DNA from: Eledone cirrhosa
Lineage: Eukaryota
DNA: 64,000 nucleotides
Assembly (NCBI GenBank): GCA_964016885.1
Contig: OZ024741.1
Location: 96,720,001-96,784,000, forward strand
Direction of reading: 5' to 3'
In this document: positions 48,391 through 62,512 of the stretch, in pieces
How positions within the stretch are numbered: position 1 is the stretch's first letter
How the letters are laid out: each line of letters starts with the position of its first letter
The notes under the pieces: model-generated
What the model was told of the DNA's origin: nothing
The model's input: the letters and a program-made list of their open reading frames with translations, nothing else
Database searches by the model: none
Program-made: the position numbers and the translations under genes

Positions 48391-50689
48391 GAAAAATCTT
48401 TGTGTCATGGAGAATTTTAAATATGCAAAATAATTTTAAATATGTAAAAGAAAAATAGTAGATGGTTTTGAATTATGGTAAATATATGGTCAAAAACCCT
48501 TAGGTAGCGCTTTTGTTCCGTGTTTGAACATAAATACATAATATAATACATAATATAATATATCAGTTCCCTTCCCGATTGAGCATTATTTTCCTCTTTC
48601 CTTTTTCTCACCTACGGATATGTGTACTCGGTCTATTTCATACGCAGTTCTGTTGTTGGATCTTTGCGAATCTATAATCCTGTCCGCAATGTCTTTATGA
48701 TTTCATACACTAGACAAATGTCTTTTCTTTCATTCCTATAAATGATCATCAATATATCCATTCTCCACACTTGAACAAGAAAACACCTGCACTGAAGCAG
48801 ACATTCACATAGAGTTATAAAGTCAAATTACGTTAGAATGTCAGATACTCGATCGTATATTATATCACTGTTGGGGAGGGGAATATCTATTGAGCTTGTC
48901 ACTAAATGAAGTTAGAAAAATACACAAGAGATATTTAGCATAACCAGAATCATACACCAGCCATAGTTTCGATAGCCTGATGCTACACTATGCGTTTATT
49001 ACTATCAAAGGTGTTATTAGCTAGTACCTATGAATATTTGACGAGCAATGTAAGCTTTTTACAGCAGCAGGTCTGTCGTACTGTGGTTGGAGTTTGCTGG
49101 TGTAACGAAATATGTAAGGCCGTATATCTAGTTTAGGGACGCTGATTATAGTATGCACCTGTTTGCGTATGTAGGGGAAATTGGGGACAATATACTGTAA
49201 GTCTGCAAAATATTTTCGAATTGTTACAAAAATATCTATTCGGCTAAAGGTGTGAATGTGCTAGTTGACAGATTAATGGTCACTATTAGTTATAATCACC
49301 AGGTTCTCTATAATTTTTCATGTTGTTTTATCTGAATGATGGAGGTGTGTTAAAGTCTTTCTCTAGCACCTCGAGATATTTGTGACCGACGCCATTTTGC
49401 GTTGCTGTTGATGGTTGCCGAAACACAAGTGCAGCTAATAAATCCCAGTGATACAAGATTTTGACGCGAAAAGCCGATGTGCATAGGTTAGTGTAGGCAT
49501 AACGGTGTTGATATTTTATGGCTGATGGGGGAAAGAGGGAGGAGTGAGTGAGGTTACTTGACTGGAAATTGCAAGTAAGGTCACTATAGTAGCGTTAGAA
49601 AAAACGGAGAAGAGACATCACGTCTGTGTGCCAGAAGTAGGAGAGTTATGTTAAACTACTTCATGCTGATACATCTGACGGTGTTCTTACAATATGTTTG
49701 ATGTTTCATTCCTTTAGGCCACTACATTGTATATTTCAGACGCTTGGCAATTACAAAATTTCAAACTACATTTCCGTGCTTGAATATACTAAAAATCTAG
49801 TTTTAAGTTTGCTTAGCTGATTATAAAATGAAGGTAAAGAAATTTGCACATGGAAACTTTCTCTCATTTTCTCCCCCACCCTCCTCTCTCTCCCACTTTC
49901 CTTTTCTGTCTCTCTTTCCTTTTCTCTCTCTCTCCCTCCCCCTCTCTCTCTCTTTTCGAACCTTCTCATACACACACACGCATACACTTAGTCACCCACA
50001 CGCATCGCCACGTTCATAAGCGCACATACAAATGCATACACACATGCTCTTACATACATGTATACATCATAATACAGACATACGCACATATACACAAAGG
50101 AATGCACACGTTTTATTGAAATTTAGCTGCCTCAATTTCACACTTTTAACCGCCAACACACAGTACATTACACGTTCGCTCTCTTATATATTCTTTCTGT
50201 TTTCCTTTCACATTCTCTCTCACCATCTACACATCTCTGATAAGCACACCAAATATATTTAACTCAAATCAAATCTTCGTTACTCATCCGGTCGAATCTT
50301 CACTCATTAGTTTCCTTAGATTAAGCCTTCTCCAAATTTAACGAGTATTTTCTACTATTACTTTTCCTTGCCGCATCATCCTATATTTATCTAGTACGCT
50401 TCCTGATATTTTCATTCTCATCACTCTTCTTTATTCGATTACGTGTCTGTTAGGTAAACATACTTTTCCCTTATATTACAAGCTTCCCAAACCCTTATGC
50501 TAACTCCATCCATTCTTATACTAACTCCGTCCACTCTTTCTTGGTTTCGTCCTACCACTGCATACTAGGATGTTATGTGTGTCATGATGTGTCTTAACAT
50601 AACAAGAAATATCAAAACTATGAACATTTGTTGCTGATAAACATCAGTTTCGCTGTAAACTTCCTCTACAACTATTTTTCCTGTTTGCC

Positions 50690-50960
50690 GTCCTCTACAT
50701 TCCCCTTCGTCTTCTCCTCCTTCTACTTCTTCTTTTTCTTCTTCTTCTTCTTCTTCTTCTTCTTGCTATTACACTCCCACCTTCCTCCACCTCTTCCTCC
50801 TCCATCTTCTTCTTGCTATTCCACTCCCATCCCTCCTCCTCCATCTCCTCCTCCCTCTCCGCCTTCTTCTCGCTATTCCGCTCCCACCTCCTTCTCAACC
50901 TATTCCACCCTCTCCTCCACCCTCTCCCCGCTATTCCGCCCCACCCCCTCCACCATCATC
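50690..50960. repeat. Polypyrimidine (CTT/CCT) low-complexity tract
   Basis: Direct observation. Confidence 0.85.
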
Positions 50961-51099
50961 ATAGCTATAATAAATTACTTATAATCATCATTAGTATAAT
51001 CACCATCGTCATCACCATCATGTTATGCAGCATTATTGCCGTCCTGCTTTCTCCCACTACCATTTAACCTCACTTTCTCCTTCCTCAACCTCCTCCTCC

Positions 51100-51318
51100 T
51101 CATCATCATCATAGATCGCAACGTCATTCTCATCATCATCATCATAGATCGCAACGTCATTGTCATCATCATCATCATAGATCGCAACGTCATCATCATC
51201 ATCATCATAGATCGCAACGTCATCATCATAGATCGCAACGTCATTGTCATCATCATCATCATCATAGATCGCAACGGCATTGTCATCATCATCATCATCA
51301 TAGATCGCAACGTCATTG

Positions 51319-51350
<32 letters not shown>

Positions 51351-51380
51351 GACCGCAATGTCATCATCACCGCCATCATC
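51100..51380. repeat. Minisatellite: ATAGATCGCAACGTC units separated by variable (ATC)n
   Basis: About 8 copies of the core 15-mer. Confidence 0.9.
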
Positions 51381-51510
51381 ATTTTAAAACAATCAAAAAA
51401 GAAAAATATATATCATGCAAGAGATGGGAAGTGAACAAGGAGGAAAAAGACAAGTTAACGAAAATAAATCAAATAAGAGTTGGGGGACATGATGGGGAAA
51501 GGTGTTCGAA

Positions 51511-51733
51511 TGTAGTAGTAGTAATATTAGTAGTAGTAGTATTAGTAGTGTCAGCAGTAGTAGTAGTAGTAGTTGTATTAGTAGTAGTAGTAGTTGTATT
51601 AGTAGTAGTAGTGGTAGTACTCGTTGTCATAGTAGTAGTAGTAGTAGTAGTAGTAACATCAGCAGTAGTAGTATAGTAGTAGTAGTAGTAGTAGTAGTAA
51701 CATCAGTAGTAGTAGTAGTAGTAGTAGTAGTAT
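51511..51733. repeat. Interrupted (GTA)n microsatellite
   Basis: Direct observation. Confidence 0.9.
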
Positions 51734-52000
51734 AATTAGGAATGGGAGAAAGAGGAGAAATGTAAAATTAGGAGGTGAAGGAGAAAACCAAAAGTGGAAA
51801 TATGTAAATGAAGCAATAATAGAATTTGAAGACAACTATTTCTGCAACTCAATCCCATCAATAATGCAGATGACTACCAAGAAACGAAATGAAAACTATG
51901 ATATTCATTCGCAGAGCTTGCATGGTGGTCTTTCGGAGGGCTTGTACCATGGCTTTTCGGAGACCTTGTACAATACTAGATATAGCAATCCAATCATCAT

Positions 52001-52210
52001 TGGCATTATCGGTTGAGGGTCGGAGGCCATGCTTTGCAGCATAGAGTTACGGCCCTTTATGATCTGAGTTCAAATCCTGCCGAGGTTAACTTTGTCTTTC
52101 ATCCTTACGGGGTCGATAAAATAAAGTACCAGTCACTTACTGGAGTCGATTTAATCGCCTTTACCCTCCCCCCAAATTACTAGCCTCGTGCCTATATAAG
52201 AAACCATTAA
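52001..52210 (+). mobile_element. SINE family A, long subtype
   Basis: Family A body plus extra GTCGATTTAATCGCCTTTACCCTCCCCCCAAATT before the 3' end. Confidence 0.85.
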
Positions 52211-52514
52211 TTTCACACCACAGATTTAAAAAGGGCCTATAAATGAGTGGGTGGCGATGGATAGAATTCTTTGAATAGTTCTATTCGATCAAGGCTACAA
52301 AATAACATCATCTACAACATGTAATGGTACGAACAAACTTAAATACAGAAGAAAATCATCAAATACAACATGAATTCATGATGTTACATGTTAAAGAGCA
52401 GTCAAATCTATATGAACACTACGTTAAATGTGTGTGATAAAATACACCGCACCCGAACAGACCAATGCATAGAAATTCTTAATGCTAAATGTGAATTTTT
52501 TAAAGGATATACTA

Positions 52515-52630
52515 ATAATTGTTTCTACTTTTGGCACAAGACCAGCAATTATCCAGTGTATTACTGGTACTTTATTTTATCTACCCTATAAGGATGAAAA
52601 GCAAAGTTAACCACGGCGGGATTTGAACTT
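52515..52630 (-). mobile_element. SINE family A, 5'-truncated
   Basis: AATAATTGTTTCTACTTTTGGCACAAG...GGCGGGATTTGAACT. Confidence 0.8.
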
Positions 52631-53939
52631 AAATAACAATAAGATAGCAACTAACACTAATCCATTAATAGTTTGCAAGAGCTTGTGTGCAAATACAACA
52701 AAGTAGTGTTAAGCCAAACCATAAGATATTACTTTATATGTTCCATGCTGTCTTTTATGAAAAGCTTGTATTTGATAGAAGACGAAATATTAGAAAACTG
52801 GGTTCCGGACGGAAATTGTCTAAAGTCGGAGATGTGGATTTTGGCAATGTTTACTTCCTCGAAAGAGTCAGCATGGTGTTGGCAAACTTGAATACGATTT
52901 TGTATTTATTATACACACAATAGGACTTAGAAGATGTTTTGGGAGTAAGAATGGAATACAATCGGCTTTATTATAATTGATTTAATTCATCGTGAAAGAT
53001 AGATGTATGGAACACGGATATTAATATATAAGGCGTTATACAGTGTGTAATAGTTAGCGATAAATAGCAAGTGAGAGAGCAGGGGATGGACAGAGAGAGA
53101 TCCATAGAAAATGAAGTGTGAAGACAGTGTAGAAATCACACGATATTTATAGATAATATAATTTTAAATATACGGTAAGCACTATAAACAAAGGAAAGTA
53201 CACACGTACATACACACATACAAAATGACATGCACACCACACACAGACAAATACACATATGCTGCTGAAAGGCCAAGAACTCAGTTGTCGGGACCCTACT
53301 CTCTAATATATTTACATTCTACAAGTATCAATTACACTGCTGAATAATGGTCTTACTAGTATAAAACTGGTAAAACATGTGTGATGAACTACCTGGTGTA
53401 GTTAAAACATGGATGGTGCAGTTTTACGACGTATAAAATACAAGGCAATAGCAGAGCATATTGGAGTGCTTTCGATTCAGACTAAAAGGTAAAACGGCCC
53501 AAGTAGAAATAAAACTGACAAATCGAACGGAGAGTATGCGTAGGGGTCATTTGTCCTAAATGGTAATACACAACAGGGGACATATGCGTGAATAGTAGTA
53601 TAGTTTAAAAGAGGAAATATAGTAAGAATGTGTTCGGATACTCTCCTCCAATATTATATAGAAGGGAATAACGAATAGAGTGGTCCTAAAACTATATGTG
53701 GAGGTAGAAAATAAAATGGTCAGTGAAAAACAAGACGGAATGTGTCGAAAGCTAGAGGCAGAGTTGGTGTGAGTGTAAGGAAAGTGATGGTTATAGACAC
53801 TCGGGACAAAAGAGAAAAGAGAATAAGAAGGGAGACGAAGATAGTGAGAAAATGGTTGTTGTAAACAGCTGAGATGATAGGGAAGGTAGATAAACACACA
53901 CGCGCACCAACCCAAACACACGCACCCACACATCCACAC

Positions 53940-54050
53940 ACCCAGTGCATTACTGGTACTTTATTTTATCAACCCTGTAAGGATTAAAGGAACTCAGGAC
54001 GTAAAGGGCCGGGGCTCTATGTCGCGAAGCAGGCTGTCCGACGCTGTATC
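53940..54050 (-). mobile_element. SINE family A, internal fragment
   Basis: CCCAGTGCATTACTGGTACTTTATTTTATC..GAACTCAGGACGTAAAGGGCC. Confidence 0.65.
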
Positions 54051-54217
54051 TGTCTGATATCTGACAGCAATAACAATATTTAGGCTTTATTAGACATGAT
54101 AGGGAAACGGTTTTTCCTTGGATGAGGTTAACACTGGTCTATTATTGTGATACAAGAATAAATAAAATTCCAAACTCAGATATTTACATATACAAACAAA
54201 CATGAATACACACACAA

Positions 54218-54288
<71 letters not shown>

Positions 54289-54801
54289 GGAAGAGAGAAA
54301 GAGAGAGAGAGAAAGGGGGTGGAGATCAGGTCTTTACCAGTCTTAAACTAGTAAGACCATTATTCAGCAGGGCACTAGATGCTTGCGATAGTAGAATGTA
54401 ACTATTATGTATTAGAGAGTCGGGGTCCAACTGAGCAAGAACTCACCTGTCGGGCCCCGACCCTCTGTATTATATATATTTATATATAAATAATTGCATA
54501 CATATACTATATATATGTGTATATGCGTGTGTAACCCACATTTATATAGCTTTATATATAGACAAGTATTAATATATAAATATAGAATCTGATGGGTCAC
54601 CCTATACAGCAAGAGAAATATGTTTGTATTTGTATATTTTTTGTTTTTATTAAATTAGAAACATTGTGAGAGGTGGCCATGCTGAAGCACTGGCTTATCA
54701 TATTTCGTTTCTTTGTTTCTTGAAATTTTGACTGTTTCAGTACGTATTTATGTTATTGTTACTTAGCTGACAACTAGAAGAAATCATTAACGATGATTAT
54801 T

Positions 54802-55165
54802 TTGGCAGTATCGGTAAAGGGTTGGACGCCATGCTTTCTAGCATAGTTACGCCCCTTTACAGTCTGAGTTCAAATCCCGCCAGGGTTAACTTTGCCTTTC
54901 ATCCTTACGGGGTCGATTAAATAAAGTACCAGTAATGTACTGGGTAATTGCTGGCCTTGTGCCTAAAGTAGAAACAATTATTTTGGCAGTATCGGTAGAG
55001 GGTCGGACGCCATGCTTTGACGCATAGAGTTACGGCCCTTGCCATTCTGATTTTAAATCCCGCCGAGGTTAACTTTGCCTTTCACCCTTACGGGTCGATA
55101 AAATAAAGTACCAGAAATGTACTGGGATAATTGCTGGCCTTTTGCCAAAAGTAGAAACAATTATT
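54802..55165 (+). mobile_element. Head-to-tail dimer of SINE family A (54802-54981, 54982-55165)
   Basis: Two copies starting TTTGGCAGTATCGGTA, joined at AATTATT. Confidence 0.9.
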
Positions 55166-55366
55166 TTTATGTTAAAAATGGGGTAGCCCAGTAAATATTG
55201 TCTAAAATATTTAATTGTTTGAACGATTGGGTTTTATTTACATCAGGCTGAAAGTGCACAGACTGTTTCAGTCAAGGGACGTGGGATAGGTACTTTAAAA
55301 TAGCAATGTTCATATTCTTCTCATTTGAACATTCTATGATGTAGGGGGTATACATATATATACACG

Positions 55367-55425
<59 letters not shown>

Positions 55426-56262
55426 ACGCACACACATATATATATATGTATAAACACACGTATATCTATACGTATGTGTGTGTATTATGTATTTAGATCA
55501 GTATTGATATGATAATTTATCCCCAGATTGATCTGAATATGCACACTTCTGATCACTTCTTACCATTTATAATATATCCGGAACTATCTAGTCTAAAGTA
55601 ATTGTACATTCTAGGTTGAAAGAAAGATATCTGAGGGACTCTTAGCTACTATTCCTTCTAATGCAATCCATATCATAGCACCACACTCTTTGAATTTTAT
55701 ATGCTCAAACGCGAACGCATGTATGTGATTTTAAAGATTCAGAAATCAGAAGTTGATGTTTTACATATGCTGTTTGTTGCATCGTAAATCATTATAATAT
55801 ACATCAGCGTGTTACACCAGAAAACACATACAGAATACACGAATGTATTTACACATACTCACATAAAATACGCAGTGACTTACACAAATACACCCTGATG
55901 CACTCAATCATTGACCTTCCCATATCCGTGCGTGTTTATATATATATCTATATATACATGCCTGTAGAGGGATGGGTATGTTTCAGGGAGATGTATACAT
56001 GTACATATATGTGTATGTGTGTGTTTCTGCCTGTATGTTCCCTTACGTAGGTTCAATCAACTATACCCATTTAGAATGTCATTAAGTGGAACCTTATGTC
56101 AAGGTTAAGGTGCAGCTAAGTGCATATGGTAAAAAAATTGCAATGCTACTTGATTGCATTCCGTGTTAAATGAGTTGCATACGTATATGCACAGGAATGT
56201 ATGCATTTGTATAGGAATGTTATTTATTTTTGTATGCACATCATGCGTATGTAAACGTGCAC

Positions 56263-56407
<145 letters not shown>

Positions 56408-56879
56408 ATATAGTCATATATTTAAAGGTTCATGGGCATAATAAACATGAGTGCATGAGCAGTTTCGTGAATGTATGTGGTCATGCGTACATGTATGTGT
56501 TTATGTATGTCTTTGTATATTTGTATTTCTGAATTTTTAAGGCCTTCCGAGATGTGCTATTCAAACTCGTCCGAAAAGCTTGATGACAAATCACGCAAAT
56601 CATTCACATATTACAGCTTTTTATTTCTTTCAATTCTGTACACCTTTATATAAATATCTAACTATCAGTCTCTTTCAATCAATCAATCACTATCTATCTA
56701 TCTATCTACCTATGTATCTGTTGCAATATTATCTCTCTCACTCCCCCTCTCTCTCTCTATATATATATTAGTCTATCCATCTATCTATCTATTTATCTAT
56801 CTATCTATGTCTGTCTGTCTTTATATATATGTATGTTTATCTACCTGCCCATCTGTCCATGTGTGTGTGTGACAGCTCA

Positions 56880-57097
56880 CCCCTATACAGGTTTAGCTGG
56901 CCCCTCCAAGGTATATCTCGTTGGAGGTGTCTTGGGTAATTTAATGATAGGGACCCCGGTCCTATCATGTCATTTCTACAGCTGAGTAAACTGGAGCGAC
57001 GTGAAATAAAGAACAACACATCACCCGCTCCGAGAATTGAACTAACAACCTTTCGATTGCAAGCCCAATTCTCTAACCACTAAGCCATGCGCCTTGA
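56880..57097 (-). mobile_element. tRNA-derived SINE family B
   Basis: Minus strand: GGCGCATGGCTTAGTGGTTAGAG (A box), AGTTCAATTCTC (B box), body TTTATTTCACGTCGCTCCAGTTTACTCAGCTGTAGAAATG. Confidence 0.7.
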
Positions 57098-57390
57098 AAT
57101 CTATCTATATGGATAGAGTAGAGTACATTCTACTCCCGATCTACCTACCTACTAATATACTTAACCTTTGTCCATATCTATATTTATTTCTGTCTCTCTC
57201 TCCCTCTCTCTTTCTCACTCTTTCCCTTCTCTCTCTCTGTATATATCTATCTATCTACCTAGCTAGGTAACGGTCTATATGAAAAATGTATGTATGTAAC
57301 GTTGGTAGGAGTCTAAACTTTGTACCTTTATTTCGACGGCTGATGAACCTAGAGGTTTATTCTTAATTTTATTATTATTTTATTGTCAAA

Positions 57391-57800
57391 AGGCCGGTGA
57401 ATTGGCAGAATTGGTAGATCATCGGACACCATGCATTGTCGCATAGAGTTACAGCCCTTTACGTTCTGAGTTGAAATCCCTCCGACTTTAGCTTTGCCTT
57501 TCATCCTTACGGGGTCAATAAAGTAAAGCACCAGTAATACACTGGGGTCGATTTAATTGATTTTCCACTCTCCCCAAATTACTAGCCTTGTGCCTATAGT
57601 AGAAACCATTATTTTTTTATTGTCAATAGGGGCTGTAGATTGGGAGTATTGGTAGTGCGACGGAACCATGCTTTTATATTCTGAGTTCACTCCCACCGAG
57701 GTTAGTTTTGCCTTTCATCGTTGTGGGGTCGATAAAATAAAGTACCAATAATACACTGGAGCATATTTAATCGCCTTTCCCCTCCTGCAATATTCTTGGC
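57391..57800 (+). mobile_element. Two tandem SINE family A long-subtype copies (57391-57612, 57630-57800)
   Basis: Both carry the B box, core and long-subtype segment. Each is preceded by TTTTATTGTCAA. Confidence 0.8.
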
Positions 57801-58259
57801 CTTCAGACTAAATCAGAAACTAATATATTATTACCAATATTATATCTCCGATGATACACACTTTTTTCTTCCTCTGCTTTTGGTATATTGCTTATTTTAT
57901 AGCGACATATCTCTTTCCCTTTCACGTAACTATTGCTGCATTCTTTCGTCTTGGCATCCCTCACAACCTTTTTTCTCACCAGTTAAAACCAGTCCAAATT
58001 TTCTATTCTGATGGTTACATTCTCTGTGTGTGTGTGCCTATGTGTTTAGTGTCACTGGTCTTTTTTGTTAGTTATGTATAGTATGATATAAATGTCATAG
58101 ATCTATTTCTACGCTCTGCTTCGTCTGGATAATCCAAGGTGATTATCTATTGCATCGTATATTGTGAACCCTGGTGGACCAGCAGTAGCTATCTGTCGAG
58201 ATTGTGTACATCCATTTCAACACCCGATGACCATAGGGCTTAACATTATCATTCGTATG

Positions 58260-58365
<106 letters not shown>

Positions 58366-58435
58366 CGTGTATATATATATATATATAATAAAATAACAGG
58401 AGGCTGGCCTTGTGTAAATCCTTGAAACGTTTATT

Positions 58436-58493
58436 ATACTATGATCATTTCAATGATCGGGTTCCGTATGAATCCGGTGATATCATCAGGTAT
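58436..58493 (-). ncRNA. Hammerhead ribozyme motif (minimal type I)
   Basis: ATAC-CTGATGA-stem II-GAAA-TGATCA-TA-GTAT on the minus strand. Confidence 0.6.
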
Positions 58494-59779
58494 TCGAAAT
58501 ATAACAAAGGAATATAACAGATAAAATCCATGGGGCTGAAAATCATACACAAGAGGACGACCAACCATCTAGCATCTTCTACTTTAGTTGATCGCCCCCA
58601 AGTCTTGGCTATTCGGCCTACTTATGACTATCTGGTGAGAGGGCGAAAGCTTATAATGTGCTACTAACCTCCCCGTCAAAGAGAAAAAAGAAGAAAGAAA
58701 GAAAGAAAGAAAGAAGAACAGTCAGCGTTAAGGTCAATTTGTGAACAGAAAATTGGAACGTTAAACTTATGTTTATAAAAATAAAAAAAATAAAAAAATA
58801 AAAAAAATAAAAAAATAAAAAAATAAAAAAAAAGTTTAAGGTTTGGGTTGCGAGATTTAGTTAAAGTATTTACAGAGAGAGTATTTTATGAAAAAGTTTA
58901 AGTGTAGTATAGAGATTCTCGATAAGTTTTCAGGGTGGGATATAGATTAAGCTCTTGTTTAGCAGTCAATAACACGCGATGACTGCAGACTCCGGCCAGC
59001 CTTCCTAAACACGTGTCAGCCGTTCCGAGTGATATCGTCTAGAGAAAGAGATGGAAATACATTTTTCCGAGTACTCCAGGAATGTAACTGTCTTAGGCTT
59101 CGAGTGTGCTAGAGGGAAGTCTGCCATCGCAAACGAATACTATTAATTCACACAGGAGGGCGATTTTTTTACGTACCAGTAGAGGGAGACATGATACAGC
59201 TAATAGTTATGATTAAGCCTAGAATTTAAAGGTACTATATGGCCGTCAAAACCGGCGGGCCCCGGGGCGAAGCCATCCGCTCCGAGTAATTTCATTTGCC
59301 GAAAGAAGGGAAAGACTCTCTCTGTAAATTCTTTAACTAAATCTCGCAAACCAAACCTTAAACTTTTATTTTATTTTTTTTATTTTTTAAATTTCATCCT
59401 ATAACTCTAAACATAAGTTTAACGTTCCAATTTTCTGTTCACACATTATACCATACAGACGCCCACTATATATGCCTCTGTTAAGATATAGGTTCTTTGG
59501 AATAACATTTTTGCGGCAATTTCTAGCCTGATTGTAGTATGACCTTAACGCCGACTTTTCTTCTTTCTTTCTTTCTTTCTTTCTTCTTTTTTCTCTTTGA
59601 CGGGAGGTTAATAGCACATTATAAGCTTTCGCCCCCTCACCAGATGGTCATAAGTAGACCGAATAGCCAACACTTGAGGGCGACCGACTAATGTAGAAGA
59701 TGCTAGATGGTCCGTTCCTCTTGTCTATGATTTTCAGCCCCATGGATTTTATCTGTTATATTCCTTCGTTATATTTCAA

Positions 59780-59830
59780 ATACCTGATGATATCACCGGA
59801 TTCATACGGTCATTGAAATGATCATAGTAT
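59780..59830 (+). ncRNA. Hammerhead ribozyme motif (minimal type I)
   Basis: ATAC CTGATGA TATCACCG-GATTCATA-CGGTCATT GAAA TGATCA TA GTAT. Palindromic stem III ATGATCAT. Confidence 0.65.
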
Positions 59831-59884
59831 AATAAACCTTTCAAGGATTTACACAAGTCCAGCCTCCTGTTATTTTATTTTAAT

Positions 59885-60030
59885 AATTAACTCCGTACTC
59901 GCACCACCAACTACACAAACGAAGACGGTTGAGCTGCATTACGTTGAGTACTCTCCATAATATTACATCGAGATTGACCTATACGGAATGATCAATTTTA
60001 TCCAGTGGTGAACCATCAAACCTAAATAAA
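59885..60030. repeat. Short dispersed repeat, inverted relative to 62512-62655
   Basis: ACGGAATGA..CCAGTGGTGAACCA versus TGGTTCACCACTGG..TCATTCCGT. Confidence 0.55.
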
Positions 60031-60105
60031 TACATATATATATATACTCGTCCCTTGGACTGAGTGCTCTACCACTACGGATATTACCTTCCAGTGTTCC
60101 ACCAC

Positions 60106-60246
<141 letters not shown>

Positions 60247-60644
60247 CTTTTTTCACTCTTTCGCCACACTAAAATTGTAGCAGAGTAGAACACAATAACC
60301 ATACCAGACAATCTATTCAATAAGAACATATGACTATTAGAAACAGATACGGAAAAGGCATCGACAAAAAATCTATTTATAAATCGACTCTCATTCGGGT
60401 TCAAAATTTATTGTTGCATCAACCAAATGATTACAAATCGAATAACATATGGTTGGACTGGGTGTTATCTGAGATGAAATTGAATTCTCTGGTTAGCCGG
60501 CATTTGAGGTAAATCACTAAACCAAAGATGAGAAGGAATTCGATATATTTCATGGATGCTTCAAATACCTGGTCTGATATACAGCAGTGTCCATATCATA
60601 TAATGTACAATGTCACGAGGACATCAAATAATGGATGCTAGTTG

Positions 60645-60930
60645 ATTGTTGCAGCTGTTGTTGTTATTTTTGTTGTTGTTGTTGTTGTTGTTTTTCTCCT
60701 TCTCCTTCTCCTTCTCCTCATTCTCCTTCTCCTCATTCTCCTTCTCCGCCTCCTTCTCCTTCCTCCGTCTTCTTCTTTTTCTTTTTATTTTTCTTCTTAT
60801 TATTATTCTTCTGCTTCTTCTTCTTCTTCTTCTTCTTCTTCTCTTCCTCCTCCTCCGTCGTCTTCTACTTCTTCTTCTCCCCTCCGCCTCCTCATCCTTC
60901 TCCTTCTTCTTCTTCTTCTTCTTCTATCTT
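60645..60930. repeat. Compound (GTT)n/(TCTCCT)n/(CTT)n microsatellite
   Basis: Direct observation. Confidence 0.9.
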
Positions 60931-61869
60931 ATAGTATGTGTGTGTATGAGTGCGCGTGCGCTCAAACAGAGTATTTATGCGCATTAGTTTGAATGCATGC
61001 AAACACCTACTGGAAGCCAAATCTACAAATCAGAAACGCCTGACGTATCTCTTATCTTATGCTATGCTCATAGTAATGACAAGCAATGCGCTTTTTGTCC
61101 CCGGGCATTTGTACGGCATGACCCTAGCACATGATCTTAATTTTTCGTGTTGTATGGTTGAATTTTTATCTTGCCTATAATACATACCATCTCATATTCC
61201 CTTCAGCTTAATGACATATGCCGCAAAATCTTGTTGTAAACCATGTTGAGGTTCACCAGGCGAAAAAAAAAAAATAGTAGATTAAAATACAGAAAAACTA
61301 AAAACACATGCCTCGTGATGTTATATGATTTAATATATCCCAGTTGGTGTTGAATATTTCCTGACTATCTCTGCCTTTAGACCTTTTCTTATGTTTATGT
61401 TTTTAAAACCTGCCATCATATTCTAAATGAGAGATGTTTAGGGCAAAACCTATCAATTTTTATTACCATGCTTTCATTTATTCGTACATTTTATGCTACG
61501 TTTACTTTGTATATGTCATTTTTAGATTATAAGTCTTGATGACGTATAATGTACATTAATTTCTCGCTATTATATTGTAATAAATGCACGTTTCTACGTC
61601 TAAATAATAGCGGCATTCAGCAAAACGTTTACACATACAAATTGTAATTGTATGTATACGCACGTACCTACATGCCTACCTACTTACATACATACGTAAC
61701 TACATACCCACTTAAGTACATTCCTACCTATGTAGCTACCTACCTATCTCCCTGTTCACACACGCACATAAAAGATTCATAAAATCATATATATATACTT
61801 ACATACATATACATAAATACATATCCATATATGTGTTTTTACCTACACATTCACACACACACATATATG

Positions 61870-61903
<34 letters not shown>

Positions 61904-62419
61904 AGTGCATATGTGTGTGTGTGTTTGTGTGCGTACGTGTAGTACGGAAGTATGTCTACATACAATTACATTCAATAATCTATACTATTAAAAAAAATGT
62001 ACGTCACTATAATAGTGTGTGTGTCTGTGTGTGTGTGTGTGTGTGTATGTTTGTGCAAATAACCATCGGAACCACTCGTGTCTTTTTGTTGTTGTCAAGA
62101 AAACTAGATGATGTAATTTTACTATAAATTGTATATGCACCGATATACTACATCGCTTCGGTAGTAATAAGTGTGCATGCGAATCAATCGATTTTGCGAC
62201 TCATACAGAAGTTTAACTTAATTGCTATACATATCATATAGACATCGCTCTGTGATCAAAAATATTGCTTCGTTACCAAGTTGTTCTGGGTTTATTCTTA
62301 TCGAACAAACTAAAATCACAGAGAAACCGTTTCTATTGAACATGTCTGAAGTCTCAGATTGACTACTGCCATGTGAGTGAAATTGTATTGAACGGTTAGA
62401 ATCGACTTAGCTTCCATAT

Positions 62420-62511
<92 letters not shown>

Positions 62512-62512
<1 letters not shown>

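Larger units (their letters stand above)
58387..59880 (+). mobile_element. Truncated Penelope-like element with inverted pLTRs (arms 58387-58882 and 59315-59880)
   Basis: ~500-bp inverted repeat with a hammerhead in each arm followed by AATAAA. Spacer has a weak GIY-YIG remnant, MEIHFSEYSRN...KSAIAN (59051-59146). Confidence 0.75.

Noticed and set aside
47000-50600. Host gene exons in the less repetitive region
   Set aside because: No ORF with recognisable domains. Small exons cannot be excluded without transcript data.
51023-51434. CRISPR array, or Met-rich (reflectin-like) protein
   Set aside because: Eukaryotic context, spacers are (ATC)n, no cas genes. The ORF lacks the reflectin M/FD..MD motif with Tyr/Pro/Trp.
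52687-52923. RKLGSGRK motif resembling a Tc1/mariner HTH (and weak Tc1-like text near 47670-47760)
   Set aside because: Similarity too short; no DDE motif or TIRs.
57020-57097. Possible tRNA gene
   Set aside because: A/B boxes run into a SINE body and no proper acceptor stem forms; treated as a SINE head.
58622-58660. Second hammerhead-like motif CTGGTGA-GAGGGC-GAAAGCTTA in the pLTR arms
   Set aside because: Core deviates in both arms and stems I and II do not pair convincingly.
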